This document shows, piece by piece, positions 1-9,611 of a stretch of 63,321 bases of DNA. Positions within the stretch are counted from its first letter, which is position 1; every line of letters starts with the position of its first letter. The translations under genes were made by a program, and so were the position numbers. Origin of the DNA: a virus. Taxonomy: Duplodnaviria; Caudoviricetes. The notes beneath the pieces are model-generated. The model was not told the DNA's origin. It searched no databases and saw only the letters and a program-made list of their open reading frames with translations. The stretch covers positions 1 through 63,321 of IMG/VR virus record IMGVR_UViG_3300030117_005840. One strand, written 5' to 3'.

Positions 1-100
1 TTACATTGATCAATGGCATTTCCCGAAACAGATGCATCAGGTAAGTTCCTTCGCCAAAAACAAACGGCAAGACCACAATCCTCCTTTCAGGCGGCTAACG
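1..100. repeat. Terminal overlap with 63222-63321, indicating a circular or circularly permuted genome
   Basis: 1-98 is identical to 63222-63319, with one C/T mismatch at position 99. The ORF at 13 restarts at the window end. Confidence 0.93.
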
Positions 101-855
101 AAAGGCGTCTAGGTGTAGATAAGCAAAACGCGGCTAGAATGGGCATTTCACTAGATGCCTACCGCCGAGGACTGCATAAGGACTTAGGAGGAGAAGATTG
201 GGTTAACCAAATACCGGAAGGAGCAAGATATGAAGATTGGGCAAGGGGTATGGCTGACCTTAACGCTCAAATGGATGCAGAGAGAGCAGAGGAATCTAGA
301 CCACTCACCCAACAGGAGAAGGATGTAAAGGAATATAAGGATGCGATTGTGGAGTTTGAGAAAAGAAGGCTCCAAAAAGAATATAACGAACAGCAACGTG
401 CTTTAGGTCTAGGTGGTAGGAACGCTATGATGTCCAAACCTCCCGGTGGAGGCGGTTTCACAGTGGAAGATGTTGCGGACAGTGCGTTGACTGTGGCTGA
501 ATATGCCCCCACAACTGCAATTCCTGCTGGAATGATAAGAGGAGTAGTTGACCGTGACCCGCTCACAACCGGCTTTTTCGCGGCTGCTGCGGGAGGCGCA
601 TTAGCTGGTAAGACTAAGAAGGGTAAGCGATTCTTTAAGGCGGCAAAGGATTTAGCAGGTAGGGCTACACCATACTTGCCATTTCTCGGAATGCGCGGTC
701 AGCAGCTTAGGGAAATTTCGGACTTAGCGACAAAGGGAACTAGACCTGAGCCAAAGCCAAAGCCAAAGCCAACGCCAAAGCCAACGCCATACAAAGGACA
801 AGGCGTTCCTACAGGACATCTCCGTAAATATATTTATCGCGGGTTAGGTGGTTAA
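13..855 (+). CDS. Hypothetical protein with C-terminal Pro-Lys/Pro-Thr repeat, possibly virion-associated
   Basis: 280-aa ORF directly after the scaffold gene on the circle; PKPKPKPTPKPTP tail. Confidence 0.6.
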   Translation: MAFPETDASGKFLRQKQTARPQSSFQAANERRLGVDKQNAARMGISLDAYRRGLHKDLGGEDWVNQIPEGARYEDWARGMADLNAQMDAERAEESRPLTQQEKDVKEYKDAIVEFEKRRLQKEYNEQQRALGLGGRNAMMSKPPGGGGFTVEDVADSALTVAEYAPTTAIPAGMIRGVVDRDPLTTGFFAAAAGGALAGKTKKGKRFFKAAKDLAGRATPYLPFLGMRGQQLREISDLATKGTRPEPKPKPKPTPKPTPYKGQGVPTGHLRKYIYRGLGG

Positions 856-871
856 ATAGGTAAAGTAACCC

Positions 872-1159
872 ATGGCTTCATTTAAGAGATTACCTAGCGG
901 ACGTATTAAATTTAGGGGTGAGACATTTGCTGGATTTAATAAGCCTAAACGCGCACCTAAAGGAAGTAAGAAGAAATTCTTTGTCTTAGCGAAGCAAGGT
1001 GATAAAGTCCGCAAGATTGGTTTCGGTCATCGTGATTATAAAGACTTTACGCAACACAAAGACCCAAAGCGCAGGAAAAATTTCAGGGCGCGTCATAACT
1101 GCAAAACGGCCAAAGATAAACTAAGTGCCCGATATTGGGCATGCAAAGAATTATGGTAA
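872..1159 (+). CDS. Small basic viral protein (DUF5754-like)
   Basis: K..V.......FG...Y.D...HKDPKRR..FRARH and YW...LW pattern, typical of this small basic family. Confidence 0.6.
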   Translation: MASFKRLPSGRIKFRGETFAGFNKPKRAPKGSKKKFFVLAKQGDKVRKIGFGHRDYKDFTQHKDPKRRKNFRARHNCKTAKDKLSARYWACKELW

Positions 1160-1224
1160 CTACAGAACAATATAATAAAGCGAAGAAGCCAAAGCCAAAG
1201 CCAAAGCCAAAGCCTTCTTATTAG
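1153..1224 (+). CDS. Possible 23-aa basic peptide (MVTTEQYNKAKKPKPKPKPKPSY)
   Basis: Fills the gap exactly between neighbouring ORFs; encoded by GCCAAA tandem repeats. Confidence 0.35.
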   Translation: MVTTEQYNKAKKPKPKPKPKPSY

Positions 1225-1225
1225 T

Positions 1226-1435
1226 ATGAAAAAGAAAGAAGAACCTTTCAAGCCCCATGATATGTATAAAGATGGGGTTGCTGTAAAAGCTAATACTGTT
1301 GAGGAACACCTCGCATTGAAAAGTGCAGGGTATGGACATGACAAGCCGAAGAAGATAATAGCCACTATGTCTTTTAAAGAAGCCGTTAATGTGGCTAAAT
1401 CTTTTCTTGATGCAGTCGAATCACAGATGAAGTAG
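1226..1435 (+). CDS. Hypothetical protein
   Basis: 69-aa ORF in a tightly packed operon. Confidence 0.55.
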   Translation: MKKKEEPFKPHDMYKDGVAVKANTVEEHLALKSAGYGHDKPKKIIATMSFKEAVNVAKSFLDAVESQMK

Positions 1436-1436
1436 T

Positions 1437-1709
1437 ATGCCTTCTGACCACATATCAAATACAGATTATCATAACCACCTTAAATCCAGCCCACACATTA
1501 ATGGATACGGGATTAGGGAGGATTATGACGCCCTGAAAGAGCAGAAGATAGAATTACAGCATCGTTGCGCCTTATACAAAACAGGGCTACATAATGCTCT
1601 TGAGTGGTTGCAGCAACACACTGACTTGCCTGAAGGGGCAAAGGATAGCCACTTAGCTGAGAAGATGGTGTGGGATCGACTGAAAATTAATGAATCTGGA
1701 TTGGAATAA
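1437..1709 (+). CDS. Hypothetical protein
   Basis: 90-aa ORF in a packed operon. Confidence 0.55.
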   Translation: MPSDHISNTDYHNHLKSSPHINGYGIREDYDALKEQKIELQHRCALYKTGLHNALEWLQQHTDLPEGAKDSHLAEKMVWDRLKINESGLE

Positions 1710-1998
1710 AATCGTATGCAATGCCATTACTGTTCTCGTTGCTTCTGTATTTGTCGGCGCAGCCGCCCAATTATGGAGTGGTGTTCAGACTATAGATTCT
1801 AGGATAGAATCCAACCTAGTGGAGATAAAAGCCACTCAGGATGTCCTGTCTGCTCAGATAGACCGAGCTAACGGTAAACTATCTGAGATATTGCCCCTCA
1901 TCCTGATCGATGATACCTTTGAGGAACCCCAAAAAGGGGCAAAGAATCTGATCGATGAGCGAGTGCAAGACCAAATCCAGAAACAGTATCGACCCTAA
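1690..1998 (+). CDS. Membrane-anchored coiled-coil protein
   Basis: N-terminal hydrophobic segment followed by a heptad-like region. Confidence 0.55.
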   Translation: MNLDWNKIVCNAITVLVASVFVGAAAQLWSGVQTIDSRIESNLVEIKATQDVLSAQIDRANGKLSEILPLILIDDTFEEPQKGAKNLIDERVQDQIQKQYRP

Positions 1999-2284
1999 GT
2001 TCCTTATTTCTTTAGGGGTTGGGTTGGCACTACAAGCCGCCGGAATCATTTGGTGGGCGAGCAACCTGCAAAGCTCCGTCCAGCACAACGACTTTCAAAT
2101 CCAAATGATGGCGAAGGATGTGGAGAAGCATACTATCTTTGTAAGAGATTGGCCTGCTGGTAAATGGGGAAGTGGAAGCCTGCCAGATGACGTTAGGCAA
2201 AACCTGAAAATATCCATGCTGGAGTTGGATGTAGAGAAGTTAGCTGAGAAGATATCCAATGGCCATATACCTCCTAAAGACTAA
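1955..2284 (+). CDS. Membrane-anchored protein
   Basis: TM-like segment FLISLGVGLALQAAGIIWWAS. Confidence 0.55.
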   Translation: MSECKTKSRNSIDPKFLISLGVGLALQAAGIIWWASNLQSSVQHNDFQIQMMAKDVEKHTIFVRDWPAGKWGSGSLPDDVRQNLKISMLELDVEKLAEKISNGHIPPKD

Positions 2285-2514
2285 TGAACGAATCCAACAA
2301 ATCCGACCTCAATAGTATACAATGCCCTAAATGTTTCGGTAGTATTTGTATCTGCGGTGAATTACCGACAAGAAAGGCTAATGCTCATACACCCCCTAAA
2401 GACTAAATACCGTCCGGTAGCTGCCTTAACACTAACCACCAGTTTTGTGTTTAGTAGCATGATTCTTTATTTGATAGCATCCGTATTACTTATCATAAGC
2501 TCTTACCCTGATTA

Positions 2515-2811
2515 ATGTCCCATTTAAATCAAATATGGCAGCAGCTTAAAAAGAGCAGAGAAGAACGCCCCATGCGGGCGTCCGATATATTACGTAACAG
2601 ACGTAATTATTTAAAATACCAGAAACACCGCTCCCCGTATCGTGCAGAACTGAACCGTGTAGCCCGAAAGATGGGTCATTACGGGAATACCCCACCTAAC
2701 AGGGATTTGGTGCACCGTAACGGAAAGATTGTGGGTTTAGGTAACAGGCACCTGAATCGTGAGGATGGTGCCCGTAAAGCATCCCGCCAACGTCGTTGGG
2801 GAAGGTATTAA
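2515..2811 (+). CDS. Small basic protein, possibly a degenerate HNH
   Basis: Arg/Lys-rich; D-L-V-H...N-R pattern. Confidence 0.4.
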   Translation: MSHLNQIWQQLKKSREERPMRASDILRNRRNYLKYQKHRSPYRAELNRVARKMGHYGNTPPNRDLVHRNGKIVGLGNRHLNREDGARKASRQRRWGRY

Positions 2812-2819
2812 ATAGTGGC

Positions 2820-2848
2820 TTGACCTATATCAAAAGTCACTATATCTT
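2820..2848 (+). promoter_or_regulatory. Sigma70-like promoter for the capsid operon
   Basis: TTGACC-N17-TATCTT; predicted start near 2855. Confidence 0.6.
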
Positions 2849-2855
2849 ATAACAC

Positions 2856-3066
2856 GTTACAGGAATTAGGTTGCTCTAGCCGTTCAATTTAGTTCAGATT
2901 CCTGAAACAACATATCCAAGAAGTCTGTGTGGTTGCTCTAGCCCGACCTAAATAGTTCTAAGTAAACAGGCTTCACACTGAACTAGGCTATTTCCCGCCG
3001 AAGGGAGATGGTTTGCACCTTAATATAATTATTACACAGGCTGCTACGCATACGCGTAAGTAGTCT
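2856..3066 (+). ncRNA. Structured 5' leader of the capsid mRNA with two copies of GGUUGCUCUAGCC-N8/9-UAGUUC
   Basis: Motif at 2869-2895 and 2931-2958, each closed by a different outer stem; two further G-U-rich hairpins downstream. Confidence 0.6.
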
Positions 3067-3095
3067 ATCTTCAACAATCAACCATATTTAATATC

Positions 3096-4421
3096 ATGGC
3101 AGACGACTTTGAATTACCGCATAATTTTGCAACTAACGCAGCCGCCGCTGTGGATACGATCCTCGCACAAGAGGCTGGACGTATTGGCCAAGACATCCAC
3201 AAGGCAACCCTCCACACCTCACCGTGGATGGACCTTATCAAGCAGTCCACCTTCCCTGAAGGAATGGGGTATCAACTGAATACACTCATTTATGACCGTG
3301 CACTTCCTATTTCTCCGATCAATAAAGACCTTGCTGATGCTGGAATCACTGGAGTCGGTGCATCATGGTCTGCAATGGGAACTACTCACGCAACTGCACT
3401 TAACGGTTACTCTGCTGGCCAGCAAGACCAGACTCTTGCAATGGGTTCTGAAAAGGCAGCCGTCAACACTCTCGACTTCACTAAAGTCCAGAAGAACTAC
3501 AGCTTGAGCCGTTCAATTATTGAATCTCCACGCATCAACGTCGAGGAACTTCGTTATACTGCTCATCGCACTGAGCAACTCCGTGCTATCATGGATATTC
3601 TTAAAGAAGTTACCCGTAATACATGGGAAAGCCGCTACCGCGATGAGTATGGTAGGCTTTGCGACAACGTGGTGCAGTGTAAGACTGCTTCTTCCAGCAC
3701 TACCACCGGACAGGAAGCCACAGCCCTAACGGCTCTTGATGTTGACGCTTCTCCTGACGGATGCGACATCAATGCCAACATCTCTAATAAGGTGCTCGAT
3801 GATGCTTACTACAAGCTCGTTCGCGCTGGCGCAGGTGCTAATGCCTATGGCCGTGAGAATGGCCGTCCGGTATTCTCCATTGTCCTTTCGTCTGAGGCTT
3901 CTTACCAGCTTCAAACTGAGGCCGGTTTCCGCGACGATGTGCGTTATAACAATGCAAGGGTATCAGACCTTATTGCACCTCTTGGAATTGAGAAGTCCTT
4001 CAGGGGTTTCTACCATCTGATCGACGACCTTGCTCCGAGATACTCCTTCAATGGTTCCACCGACTTTCTGGAAGAAATCCAGCCTTATACGGTGGTTACT
4101 ACAGGCGGTGGTGATGTAGATAACAAGGTTATCGTTAACACGGCTTATGAATCCGCTCAGTATGAAGCTGCTTTCATTCTTGTTGATAACGTAATGGAAT
4201 CCCTCATTCCCGCTCCTGTGAGTGGCGTGAGTGGGCTGAAGTTTGATCCTGTTAACTACAAAGGTGAGTTCAAGTGGACCAACATCCCCGATGTTACACT
4301 TAACCCTGATGGAACTATTGGCTTCTTCAGAGGCATCCTTGCTTCTGCTTCCAAGCCGATCAAGACCAACTTTGGTTACGCGATCCTCTTTGACCGCACC
4401 AGCACTACTCCTGCTGCTTAA
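3096..4421 (+). CDS. Major capsid protein (putative)
   Basis: 441 aa; own promoter and leader, downstream hairpin; codon usage suggests high expression; lies between scaffold and tail genes. Confidence 0.75.
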   Translation: MADDFELPHNFATNAAAAVDTILAQEAGRIGQDIHKATLHTSPWMDLIKQSTFPEGMGYQLNTLIYDRALPISPINKDLADAGITGVGASWSAMGTTHATALNGYSAGQQDQTLAMGSEKAAVNTLDFTKVQKNYSLSRSIIESPRINVEELRYTAHRTEQLRAIMDILKEVTRNTWESRYRDEYGRLCDNVVQCKTASSSTTTGQEATALTALDVDASPDGCDINANISNKVLDDAYYKLVRAGAGANAYGRENGRPVFSIVLSSEASYQLQTEAGFRDDVRYNNARVSDLIAPLGIEKSFRGFYHLIDDLAPRYSFNGSTDFLEEIQPYTVVTTGGGDVDNKVIVNTAYESAQYEAAFILVDNVMESLIPAPVSGVSGLKFDPVNYKGEFKWTNIPDVTLNPDGTIGFFRGILASASKPIKTNFGYAILFDRTSTTPAA

Positions 4422-4427
4422 TCTAAA

Positions 4428-4456
4428 GCGGGGTTCCTCGTAAAGGGGAACCCCGC
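4428..4456 (+). terminator. GC-rich hairpin after the capsid gene (partial terminator or stabiliser)
   Basis: GCGGGGTTCCTC-GTAAA-GGGGAACCCCGC; weak U-tract. Confidence 0.6.
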
Positions 4457-4483
4457 ATAATTTAATTCAACAAGTAAAAAATT

Positions 4484-5071
4484 ATGCCAACTTTAGATGA
4501 TATAACAACGCTCCAGACCAACGCTGGAGTTGCTCCCAATGACGCATTCGCAGTCGTTGACAGAAGTTCAAGCGGGTCAAGTCGGGTCGAGCAGGTTCCA
4601 GCCGCGCTCCTTACCCAAGGGTATAGCCATGCGTGGGTAGTAAACTACGACCACCCAAACCTTACGGGGGCTGGCTCTTCCGCTACTACTGCCTTTGTTA
4701 ACTTAAAAGACTTCACTACTACTGACCACATAAGGAAAGTTAAGGTGATTGTTACTGAGGCATTTGCAGGTAGTGGAGGGACATTTACGCAGCTTGAAAT
4801 TGATGTGGGAGAGTCGGGCGACAGCGGTAAAGATAATTACGTTACCAATGCTGCTGGCAAAAGTTTATACACAATCGCAGAGAATACTGGTGGTTCACTA
4901 GCTGCACCTCCTAATGCGGTCTACGTTGAGACAGACGATGGCGGTAGCTTGCATCTTACATTGACCGCTACAGGTGGGCATAAGATTGATGTTTTGGCTG
5001 CTGGACAAGTTGTAGTCCTCGCTGACATTTTTGACCCAGCAGACTTTAAAGATATTGTTCCTCAAGTCTAA
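4484..5071 (+). CDS. Putative minor capsid or decoration protein
   Basis: Directly after the capsid gene; beta-rich composition. Confidence 0.5.
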   Translation: MPTLDDITTLQTNAGVAPNDAFAVVDRSSSGSSRVEQVPAALLTQGYSHAWVVNYDHPNLTGAGSSATTAFVNLKDFTTTDHIRKVKVIVTEAFAGSGGTFTQLEIDVGESGDSGKDNYVTNAAGKSLYTIAENTGGSLAAPPNAVYVETDDGGSLHLTLTATGGHKIDVLAAGQVVVLADIFDPADFKDIVPQV

Positions 5072-5093
5072 TCAGTAACAATCCATAATTCAC

Positions 5094-5145
5094 AAGAATC
5101 CCCGATCCTCTAACACTAGAGAGGGGATCGGGGTTCTTTATTTAT
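5094..5145 (+). terminator. Rho-independent terminator
   Basis: AAGAATCCCCGATCCTCT...AGGGGATCGGGGTTCTT followed by a T-rich run. Confidence 0.65.
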
Positions 5146-5159
5146 AACCATTTGATACA

Positions 5160-5636
5160 ATGCCAAGAGTAGGAGACAAAGAATTTCCATACACCGAAGA
5201 GGGAATGGCCGCTGCTGAAGCAGAAGCCGCCACGATGGAGCAACCCGCAATGGACGAAGCCGCCATGCTTGAACAGTTGCTGAACGAATTACCAACCGAA
5301 GTGCCTGATGAAGAGGGCGCATTGGAAGAGGCAATGGCCGAAGCTGAGCCGGAGGCTGAGATGGAGCTGCCTGAAGACATGCCCGAAGAGGAAACCGTTA
5401 TGCAGATATTTGAAGAAGTATTTGGTAATGCGTTTGATGATAGCTCTCCCGAAGATATCCAAAAACTGGAGTTTATTCTTATGGAGCTGGCATCTGACCC
5501 TGAACTGGTCGCTGGCCTTTCTTCCGGCGAAATCAGTATCTCAGAGTTTGCAATTCAGTTATATCGTAAAATGTCAGGAGAAGGCGAAGCCGAACCTGCA
5601 CAAGCTACTGCTGAGGAACCGATGCCCATGGGCTAA
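5160..5636 (+). CDS. Highly acidic hypothetical protein
   Basis: 158 aa, very Glu-rich; starts MPRVGDKEFPYT. Confidence 0.6.
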   Translation: MPRVGDKEFPYTEEGMAAAEAEAATMEQPAMDEAAMLEQLLNELPTEVPDEEGALEEAMAEAEPEAEMELPEDMPEEETVMQIFEEVFGNAFDDSSPEDIQKLEFILMELASDPELVAGLSSGEISISEFAIQLYRKMSGEGEAEPAQATAEEPMPMG

Positions 5637-5644
5637 TAAAGCAT

Positions 5645-6127
5645 ATGGGATACACAATAAGTGGGGAAGGACACACCACCCGATTTAGTGACGCAGCCCG
5701 TAAAAAGGCTGCCGAAACCGCTGAGTTCTTCGCTAAAGCGCGAGATAAACGACGCGCCGATGAATTGGCAGGGACAGCAATGACTCCCGCTCCTATCGGG
5801 AATGCAGCAGCCTCCATTGCAGAACAGAATAAGAAGATGGGTATACAAGACCCTGCACAAGCTGGAGGCGCAGCTCAGGCTGTTCCGCAAAACCAGCCCC
5901 CGATACAGGGCGCAGGACAGCCTCCTGTTGGAGCACCGCGTGGACGAGGAGCTACAGATGCTCCCTTTTCTAAAGCATACGTAGAAGGACAGGCAGCAAC
6001 CCAAAAGTTTTTTAATAACGCTAATACCAACCGGCAAAACCGGATGGCTAAAGAAGCAGAACAAAAACAAAAAAGTTCGGTAAGATTAGCAGACATGATG
6101 AGAAGAATCTCTCAGATAAATAGGTAA
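5645..6127 (+). CDS. Hypothetical protein (Ala/Gln-rich)
   Basis: 160-aa ORF. Confidence 0.55.
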   Translation: MGYTISGEGHTTRFSDAARKKAAETAEFFAKARDKRRADELAGTAMTPAPIGNAAASIAEQNKKMGIQDPAQAGGAAQAVPQNQPPIQGAGQPPVGAPRGRGATDAPFSKAYVEGQAATQKFFNNANTNRQNRMAKEAEQKQKSSVRLADMMRRISQINR

Positions 6128-6174
6128 GCCTTACTGGACATTCCCTCTACCGCACTTAAATTTAAAAACACGTT

Positions 6175-6762
6175 ATGAACCTTAGTTCAATCAGACTAAA
6201 GCAGACTTTATCAGCCCGTGTATCTTCAACGGGATTGCAAAGCTCCTTCCCCATAGGAGGAACCCTTAATCCCACGCTGACGACCACGAATGCTGATATA
6301 GCCTACGGGTTTTCTATGAAGAGTGGGCATGCAAATAATTCAGTCAAATGGACGTTGGATTCACATAAGTTAGAGTTTTCATCTGGTGGTGCTGATGTTA
6401 ATACCGGACTTACCTGCACCGAGACTGTAGGAGCTTACAATGCTAGTGTGGGAGAGGACGGAACAGCAATAGTAGATGTAAATGGTGATGCCATCCCTTC
6501 AGCAGAATGCGGTTTAGCTATTTATTACGAAATACCATCCGATACAGCTAATGGAGCTTGGGTCAAGGCAGCAGCTAGTTCAGAGGAATTCAGCACAGTT
6601 AAATTAGTAGGGACAGCCTCAGTTGAGGAAGAACAGATAGGCGTTAGGTCTGCTTTACTAGTCCCTCGTCAGAATTGCGTTTCTGACTACATCACATTTA
6701 CCTTTAGTGCCAGCGGCGTAAGAATCAACGTCGTATACCTAGCTAAAACCATCTTCACCTAA
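6175..6762 (+). CDS. Putative virion structural protein
   Basis: Ser/Thr/Gly beta-rich, within the structural block. Confidence 0.5.
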   Translation: MNLSSIRLKQTLSARVSSTGLQSSFPIGGTLNPTLTTTNADIAYGFSMKSGHANNSVKWTLDSHKLEFSSGGADVNTGLTCTETVGAYNASVGEDGTAIVDVNGDAIPSAECGLAIYYEIPSDTANGAWVKAAASSEEFSTVKLVGTASVEEEQIGVRSALLVPRQNCVSDYITFTFSASGVRINVVYLAKTIFT

Positions 6763-6769
6763 TAACTTC

Positions 6770-8239
6770 ATGCCTGTTTCGTCTAATAGAAGGCAACGGG
6801 TTATTAATTTTGCAACGCCCAAGGTTGCAGACTTGGTTATCATAGAGGTTGTCGATGCCAGTAAGAATGTAAGTTCTGCTGACGCAGCCGATAACACGGC
6901 CTACGGAACCGCGCATCCTGACACAACCAAGTTTCCCGACTTCAAGTTGGCGCATATAAAAAATGCCGATGACGATCAAGGCCAGTTTCAGTATTGGTAT
7001 TACGTAAAAGACCGAGCCAAGCAGGACGAGTATAATTGGGAGTATCAGGCGGCAGGAGCCAACAACCCCCACTATGATACGGTTATCCGAACATACATAA
7101 CTCCACGTCCTCTTGATGGTGTAGCTGGCGCGTTTGATGACGTAGATGATCCTGAGATCACGTCTGAGATGCCAGTAACGACAAGTGACCCTTTCGAGGA
7201 GGACGACGATTACATTCTTTTTGAGAAAAAGCAGACCCGATCTGGGGATGAGTTCTTGGATTCCTTGTATGTGGTCGAGCAGCATGTTTATGTCAAGCGC
7301 GTCCCTATGTGGCGCGTAGATGCTGACCCCCAATTCGCGGATTATGATGCGTTGATTTCCAAGGAGACTCTTTGGTATGTGGGCGAAACTCCAAAGGCTA
7401 CACGTAAATTTGAAGAAGACCCTGATGGAGATACAGGTCTAGAAACATCCGCACTTTTCGCGGACGGAGATGCGATTATAGATGTCCATTCTGATTTCGT
7501 GTCGGATGATGAGTCGAGTGGTGCAGAAACTTCTACGACTACGAATTTTTGGGGCGTAGACCAGCACGGTATACTGCGCGAGGGTAAGCAATTAACAGAT
7601 AACTGGTATGCTATAATAGAGAAGCAAGTTATAGGCAAGGTAGGTAAGATATCTGAAGTATTTACGTATCAGTCATATTCTTGGCCCGCCGTCCTTGACG
7701 GAAGCCCCTCCGGCTCAACGGATGCCGAGAAAACTCTTGAGGAAGGTTCCGAGGAAGGGGAAAATTCAGGAGGCATCTTTATGTATACTTGGACACGCAA
7801 GGAAGGAGGAGGTGATTCAGTAGCGGTTCCTATATTTAAACGGAATGCGTGGAGCGGTCCTACCAAAGTAAAGATAGAGCGTTTCTGGAGGAACACTAAG
7901 TGGACTATAGCAACTGGCGATAAGGATGGCACTGACCATCAATTAGCCGATATAATCCCTATGCTCCCTGAACCTATAAATTTTGTCACGCCATTAACTA
8001 CAATGAGGGTAAGTCCCTCACTACACAACAGAGTCCATCTATACGCTACTACGGGAACGGATCATCCTAAATGGGAGCTTGCAGGCGCATCATTCACATA
8101 TGACCGGACAAATTACACTGATTGGCCTGACGATATTGTTATATCAGACACTCAGACGGCTCATCGCGGGGGTTATTTAAGAGAACGCATCACGGCGTTT
8201 AAGCCCCGTGCAGACGTTAATGTCCTACCCCCCTCATAA
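6770..8239 (+). CDS. Putative tail structural protein
   Basis: 489 aa, acidic and beta-rich, within the structural block. Confidence 0.5.
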   Translation: MPVSSNRRQRVINFATPKVADLVIIEVVDASKNVSSADAADNTAYGTAHPDTTKFPDFKLAHIKNADDDQGQFQYWYYVKDRAKQDEYNWEYQAAGANNPHYDTVIRTYITPRPLDGVAGAFDDVDDPEITSEMPVTTSDPFEEDDDYILFEKKQTRSGDEFLDSLYVVEQHVYVKRVPMWRVDADPQFADYDALISKETLWYVGETPKATRKFEEDPDGDTGLETSALFADGDAIIDVHSDFVSDDESSGAETSTTTNFWGVDQHGILREGKQLTDNWYAIIEKQVIGKVGKISEVFTYQSYSWPAVLDGSPSGSTDAEKTLEEGSEEGENSGGIFMYTWTRKEGGGDSVAVPIFKRNAWSGPTKVKIERFWRNTKWTIATGDKDGTDHQLADIIPMLPEPINFVTPLTTMRVSPSLHNRVHLYATTGTDHPKWELAGASFTYDRTNYTDWPDDIVISDTQTAHRGGYLRERITAFKPRADVNVLPPS

Positions 8240-8276
8240 CACCCCTTGATCTGTAACCTTCAACAGTATTACTTAG

Positions 8277-9611
8277 ATGGCAGGTAGCCCACCAGTAGAC
8301 CCTCCAGACACAGGCGCGAGCGGTTTAGGAGGAGGAAATGTAGACCCCGAACACGCGTTAATTTATACGGGTAAGTGGCCTTTTGGCGACCCCAATAACC
8401 CACGCCCTGACGCGGACTCTCCCGGCGTTACCGAGCTAGGTGTAAACTCCTCCGAAGTAGGTGAAGGAAGCATATATGACGATATGTTTCCGTTCAAGCT
8501 CCAGTGGTTCATTGACGATGACCCTGAGTCGGAAACCTATAGGCAACGTAGGCTACGCATCTATACAGGTATGCTTACCGCAATGATAAACACGTTCACT
8601 TATCATAAGAGTAAGGATACGGATACTACCTATTCAGGCAGCGTCAACGTCACTATTCAAAGCTGCACCGGCCCCATGGCCGATTCGAACTGCAATGCGA
8701 TTACACCGTATACCGGGGAAAAGGGAGCCGAAACCCTCAGCACTTTCGCAGATACTGGTGAGAAAAATGCCAGATGGATTGATGCTGACGACGATGGGTC
8801 AATGGATGACCCTCAAGAAAACCCACACATCGCGGCAGCCGCTGGTGCGCGTAACGCAGCTACAGTGACTACAACAACAGGAACCGATACGGGTAGTCCC
8901 GGCACTAACAGTCTTTCACATACCCATCAGGTCACTATACCCGCAGAGGCTGATCATTCCCACACCATAGCCGATCATTTTCACAAGGTAACGGTCCCTG
9001 CCCATTCGCATTCAATGGCCGACCACAAACACTTTACTAAGGATTTTACTGATGGATCTGCCCCTGATCTGGTAGATGTAGACCTTAGTGTAACAGCCAC
9101 CCGTTGTGATATAGAGAAGTTCCTCACAGTCGATGGACAACCTTCGATAAAGGGACCACTACAGATAGAGCCTGATGGTTTCGTAGATATTACCAGAATA
9201 AATGTGGATGGCGTAGAAGTGCCAACCGGATTTAGGGCGCAGACACTTGGACATGCGTATGGTGATGTTTATTTAACGTGGGATTTAAACACAGATAAAG
9301 ATAAACTTGATGGGGCTGCTGACGGAGTAGTAACAAACGTAAATATAGCTATGATTAACCCTAACACGACTGACGCAGGCCAGTTAACGAGGACTGATTG
9401 GGCGGCATCACGTGACCCAGATATTGGGTCTTATAAACTTCTTATAGGCACTGCATTTGACCCTGATAGTGAAGACGAGCAAGAAGCCAGTAAGGGAATT
9501 GTGCAGGTAATTTATGAAAACGTCTACTATTCACCATTAATCCTCCCTGAAATTGAGGATACATCAGGCTCTCCGTCCTGTGACTCACCCGTAACTACAA
9601 CATGGGATTAG
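8277..9611 (+). CDS. Putative tail fibre or spike with HxH metal-binding repeats
   Basis: HTH...HSH...HFH...HSH...HKH repeats, as in trimeric phage fibre tips. Confidence 0.55.
   Translation: MAGSPPVDPPDTGASGLGGGNVDPEHALIYTGKWPFGDPNNPRPDADSPGVTELGVNSSEVGEGSIYDDMFPFKLQWFIDDDPESETYRQRRLRIYTGMLTAMINTFTYHKSKDTDTTYSGSVNVTIQSCTGPMADSNCNAITPYTGEKGAETLSTFADTGEKNARWIDADDDGSMDDPQENPHIAAAAGARNAATVTTTTGTDTGSPGTNSLSHTHQVTIPAEADHSHTIADHFHKVTVPAHSHSMADHKHFTKDFTDGSAPDLVDVDLSVTATRCDIEKFLTVDGQPSIKGPLQIEPDGFVDITRINVDGVEVPTGFRAQTLGHAYGDVYLTWDLNTDKDKLDGAADGVVTNVNIAMINPNTTDAGQLTRTDWAASRDPDIGSYKLLIGTAFDPDSEDEQEASKGIVQVIYENVYYSPLILPEIEDTSGSPSCDSPVTTTWD

Noticed and set aside
2869-2904. preQ1-I riboswitch or tRNA T-arm
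   Set aside because: The resemblance is superficial (CUAGC, GUUCAGAUUC); there is no A-rich pseudoknot tail and no cloverleaf
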